Source: Candidatus Eiseniibacteriota bacterium (GTDB taxonomy: Bacteria > Eisenbacteria > RBG-16-71-46). Taken from it: a stretch of 31,114 nucleotides of DNA. Positions 28,041-31,114 of the stretch are shown one piece after another (within the stretch, counting starts at the first letter, position 1; every line of letters starts with the position of its first letter). The stretch spans positions 1 through 31,114 of the forward strand of contig JBGAOA010000050.1 of the NCBI GenBank assembly GCA_044222065.1, read 5' to 3'. Position numbers and translations under genes: made by a program. Under the pieces are notes generated by a model. That model did not search any database. It saw nothing but the letters and a program-made list of their open reading frames with translations, and had not been told where the DNA came from.

Positions 28041-28696
28041 TGGTTGTTCAACCTCAGGAGACCGAAGCTCTCGGCGCCCTGCGGACGCTGAGGGTCCTCG
28101 CGGTCCTCCCACCGGATCAGCACCCAGCGGGTCTGCGGTTTGACGAAGTACAGGCTCGCGAAGCCCGAGCCCGTCGTGTCGAGCGTGCCGTTCGAAAGCC
28201 GCTCGATCAGCAGGTAACGCTTGTACAGCAGCGCGTCGTTCGGGTTCCGGATCGGGTTCCCGGGAGTCGGGTCCTCGATCCACACCAGGTCCCGGGTCGT
28301 CCCCGGGTTGCGGTTCTGGAAGTACGACTGGAAGAAGCTCAGCTCGTTCGAGCGCGTCCAGTCCGGGATGTCCCCGCCGCCCGTGCTCTGGTACACCGAG
28401 ATCGTGAGCGGGTCGAACGTGACGCGGTACATGCGGCCGTCCGGCTGGCCCGTGGCGTCGCTGTCCGCGAGCGCCTGCCGGTAGGCCTCGATGCCGCCGT
28501 TCTCGCCATTGGAGCGAATGCCGTACACGAGCGCGTTCAGCGTCGAGTCGGGATCGGTGTAGTTGCCCACGATCAGCGTGCCGCCGCCGCCGGTCTCGGG
28601 GTCCTCGGGCTTGAAGAGCGAGCAGGCGCCGATTCCGGTGGCGGTCCACCACACGAAGCCGAACAGCGCGAGCCGGAGGAAGCGTTTCGAGTTCAT
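28037..28696 (-). CDS. Hypothetical lipoprotein, distantly similar to the downstream lipoprotein
   Basis: ATG at 28696, signal peptide with IGA-C then SLFKPEDP; YRQAL, WTRSNEL, WVLIRWED. Confidence 0.78.
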   Translation of the reverse strand: MNSKRFLRLALFGFVWWTATGIGACSLFKPEDPETGGGGTLIVGNYTDPDSTLNALVYGIRSNGENGGIEAYRQALADSDATGQPDGRMYRVTFDPLTISVYQSTGGGDIPDWTRSNELSFFQSYFQNRNPGTTRDLVWIEDPTPGNPIRNPNDALLYKRYLLIERLSNGTLDTTGSGFASLYFVKPQTRWVLIRWEDREDPQRPQGAESFGLLRLNNQ

Positions 28697-28698
28697 CG

Positions 28699-30840
28699 TC
28701 AGAAGTCCCACGTGACCTGCAGCGAGCCGTTCCAGAAATCGAGCTCCGTGACGGGCGAAGTCTTGACGACGCCGTTCGAGTACTGCGTCGAGCGGTCGCC
28801 CGAGAACGAGCGGTTGAGGAACCCCGAGAGCCGTCCGCGCATGGGCAGCGTGAGGTTCAGGTTCGCGCCGCCCGAGACCTTGAGCGTGCGCTGCTCGCGC
28901 TGGGGCACGAGGCCCACGTTACTCGCCGTGAGTCGGTTCGTGGCCGAATACTGCGGCTGGATCTGCAGCGAAATGCCCGGGACCGGTGAATAGCTGATCT
29001 GGGAGTTGAGCGCGAACGACTCGTTCTGGTCCGACTGGCGCAGGTAGTCGTTGCCGTCCGCGAACCGCACGAGATTCCCCGACGGCTGGAACCGGGCGGA
29101 GTGCGAGAGGTCCATGTTCAGCCGCTCGGTGAGCACCGCGTTGAGCGTCGTGAACGTCGAGTAGTCGAGCGAGAGCCGATTGTTCCCCGACGAACTCGAC
29201 GACAGGTAGCGCGTGTAATTCGCGCTCATGCGGTTCGTCTGCACCGCGGTCAGTCCCTGGAAGAGCCGGTAGCTCCAGCGCCACTCGGCCTGGTACTGGC
29301 GCGTCTCGCTGTTCGCGGCCGTGCTGCCGCGCGGCAGGTTGAGGCTCAGGTCGCGCGACACCGTGAACGCCCCGGAGGTGTTCAGACGTTCGGAGCGCTG
29401 GTAGCCGACGTCGCCGCGCAGCGACTGGCGGTAGGCCTCGCGATTGACGGGCGTGCTCGCGAAGGAACCGATCTGCTCGTAGCGCAGCGACGTCAGCGAC
29501 ACGTCACCGGTGAGCTTCGCGTTGACCTTGCGCGAGACGACCCACGTGAGCGTCCCGTCCACGGAGCGCGCACGCGAGCGCTCGCGGTAGCCGCCGGTCG
29601 CGGAGCGCTTCGGGTACTCGCTGCGCGCGTTCCCGTAGTCGAAACCGCCGTCGAAGGACAGTGCGCGGTACGCCCAGCGGCCCGTGACCGAGTAGCGGTC
29701 CTCGAGGCGCTGGTTCTGGGACGTCGGGGTCTGCGCGCTGGCCTGCGCGGTACGGCTGTACCGCCTCGACAAGTTCAGGTAGCGCTCGTTGTCGAGCCGC
29801 ATTCGCATGGCGGCGTCGAGGCTGCGGTTGTTCGTGAGCACGCGGATGATGCTGTCCGCCGACGGATTCTCGACGCGCACGTTGCGGACGCCGTAGTTCA
29901 TGTTGAGGCTCACCGGAGCGCTGCCCCACAGCCCGAGCGTGCCGCGCAGGTTGTTCGAGAAGTCACGCGTGTTCAGGAACACGTCGCTCACCTGACTGCG
30001 CGTGCGAGACAGATTGCCCGTCACCTGTCCCGTGGCGTCGTGCGTCAGCCACGAGCCGCTCGCGTAGCGCACGCGGCCGTTCACGTCCCCGGAGAAGCCG
30101 CGCTTCTGCTGCGCGAACGAGCGGAAATCGAGGAGCCCGCCGAAGAAGTTCAGGTCCGAGCTGAGGCCCCGCATCGGTGTCTGCCGGGAGCGGGCCGAGA
30201 GCTGGAATTCGCTCTTGTCGTCCGACTCGCCGCTCGAGCGCGAACCCGAGTTCCCGAAGCGGTCCAGGTTCGCGCGTGCGCCGAGCGAGAAGTTCGGCGA
30301 GAACTTCCAGCCGCCTTCGGTGTTCGCCGTGCGGTTCTCGCGCAGCTGGGTCTGTCCTCCGACGCGGTAGCGGTCCACCGTGATGACCGTGTTGTTGCGC
30401 ACGAACACCGGACCGCGCGCGATGCTGTAGTCGGCGGTGTTCGACCAGCTGCTGCTCGTCTGCTGCACCGAGTAGCCGCTGCTGTAGGTGAACGAACTCG
30501 TGTTCGCGCCGCCGCGTGCGAGCGGATTGAATCGTTCGCGCTCCATCATCGGCCCCACGCTGTCCACGGGGACGCCGAGGCTGTCGGCGAGGAGCACGAT
30601 GCGAGGGAGCGGGAGGCGGAAGCGGATCGAGAGCGCGCGCAGCGTGTCGGGCAGGACCTGCAGACTGTCGGCGAGAGGGAAGAGGCCGTCGAAGTGCAGA
30701 TCGAGGGTGTCTCGCAACAGCGTCGTATCGGCGAACGCGAAGCGAGCCGACCCGGACGTCTGGGCTCGGCCCGGGCGCACGCCGGACATTCCAAGTGCAA
30801 GCAGCACAAGGGCTAAGACGACAGTTCGGAAGCGATTCAT
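28699..30840 (-). CDS. Large uncharacterised outer-membrane beta-barrel protein (713 aa)
   Basis: ATG at 30840 (MNRFRTVVLALVLL signal peptide), ~600 aa of Ser/Asn/Arg/Tyr-rich alternating strands, C-terminal beta-signal LQVTWDF. Confidence 0.8.
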   Translation of the reverse strand: MNRFRTVVLALVLLALGMSGVRPGRAQTSGSARFAFADTTLLRDTLDLHFDGLFPLADSLQVLPDTLRALSIRFRLPLPRIVLLADSLGVPVDSVGPMMERERFNPLARGGANTSSFTYSSGYSVQQTSSSWSNTADYSIARGPVFVRNNTVITVDRYRVGGQTQLRENRTANTEGGWKFSPNFSLGARANLDRFGNSGSRSSGESDDKSEFQLSARSRQTPMRGLSSDLNFFGGLLDFRSFAQQKRGFSGDVNGRVRYASGSWLTHDATGQVTGNLSRTRSQVSDVFLNTRDFSNNLRGTLGLWGSAPVSLNMNYGVRNVRVENPSADSIIRVLTNNRSLDAAMRMRLDNERYLNLSRRYSRTAQASAQTPTSQNQRLEDRYSVTGRWAYRALSFDGGFDYGNARSEYPKRSATGGYRERSRARSVDGTLTWVVSRKVNAKLTGDVSLTSLRYEQIGSFASTPVNREAYRQSLRGDVGYQRSERLNTSGAFTVSRDLSLNLPRGSTAANSETRQYQAEWRWSYRLFQGLTAVQTNRMSANYTRYLSSSSSGNNRLSLDYSTFTTLNAVLTERLNMDLSHSARFQPSGNLVRFADGNDYLRQSDQNESFALNSQISYSPVPGISLQIQPQYSATNRLTASNVGLVPQREQRTLKVSGGANLNLTLPMRGRLSGFLNRSFSGDRSTQYSNGVVKTSPVTELDFWNGSLQVTWDF

Positions 30841-30875
30841 TCGGGTCCGCCGCACGGCGCGCGCATGCGTCGACG

Positions 30876-30905
30876 AAGTTAGCACCCGCTTCGAAAGAGG
30901 GTCAA
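30876..30905 (-). promoter_or_regulatory. Putative sigma70 promoter of the barrel-lipoprotein operon
   Basis: TTGACC-N18-TAACTT with a TG extension, 35 nt upstream of ATG 30840. This supports 30840 over the 30978 ORF start. Confidence 0.6.
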
Positions 30906-31114
30906 CGCTCGACTGGCCCGACTCGTACCCCGGACGCGGCGGATCTCGCCCGGATTCGCGACGCCGCTGGCCTCGCACGACGCGCCGCGCTCGATGCGCC
31001 CGGTGGCCGGACGATGGCCGGCGGTCGGTGCGGCGTGAACGAAAAGCGGCCGCCGGCCACGTCCGCGGCCGCGCGCGCGGCCACGGTCCACGCGCCGGGG
31101 CGGACGAAAGTGCC

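Noticed and set aside
30880..30912. c-di-GMP-I riboswitch-like TTCGAAAGAG segment
   Set aside because: It lacks the GGCAAAC and GACGCAAAGC elements, faces away from the gene, and is better explained as the promoter spacer.
31037..31075. GCGGCCGC...GCGGCCGC-TTTTCGTT hairpin on the minus strand
   Set aside because: It could terminate a gene outside the window, but such stems arise readily at this GC content and the upstream gene is not visible.

Overview
Very GC-rich bacterial chromosomal window from a diderm. A C-terminal T9SS/FlgD-type sorting domain, a GWxTD protein and D-S/T-rich exported proteins suggest an FCB-group lineage such as Ca. Eisenbacteria (inference only). Left half (1-13.75 kb, + strand, mostly overlapping start/stop codons): an exopolysaccharide/exosortase locus. 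It holds a polysaccharide deacetylase end, three GT4 glycosyltransferases, a tandem-duplicated GNAT/FemAB-like protein, an initiating sugar transferase, exosortase, EpsI, an unknown membrane protein, a TPR lipoprotein, PrsK and a PrsR with an internal deletion. Next come a candidate minus-strand sRNA, a deoxynucleoside kinase and ileS, whose leader is a complete T-box riboswitch with an AUC (Ile) specifier and a terminator. A divergent envelope cluster follows (M6 protease + M23 versus GWxTD + SH3-NlpC/P60), then a probable major outer-membrane beta-barrel protein behind a long structured leader, and glutamate dehydrogenase. The window ends with an uncharacterised operon: a large outer-membrane beta-barrel plus two related lipoproteins. 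No CRISPR, rRNA, tRNA or mobile element was seen. Most long ORFs in the supplied track are GC-rich shadow frames. All calls come from reading motifs by eye; no searches were run.
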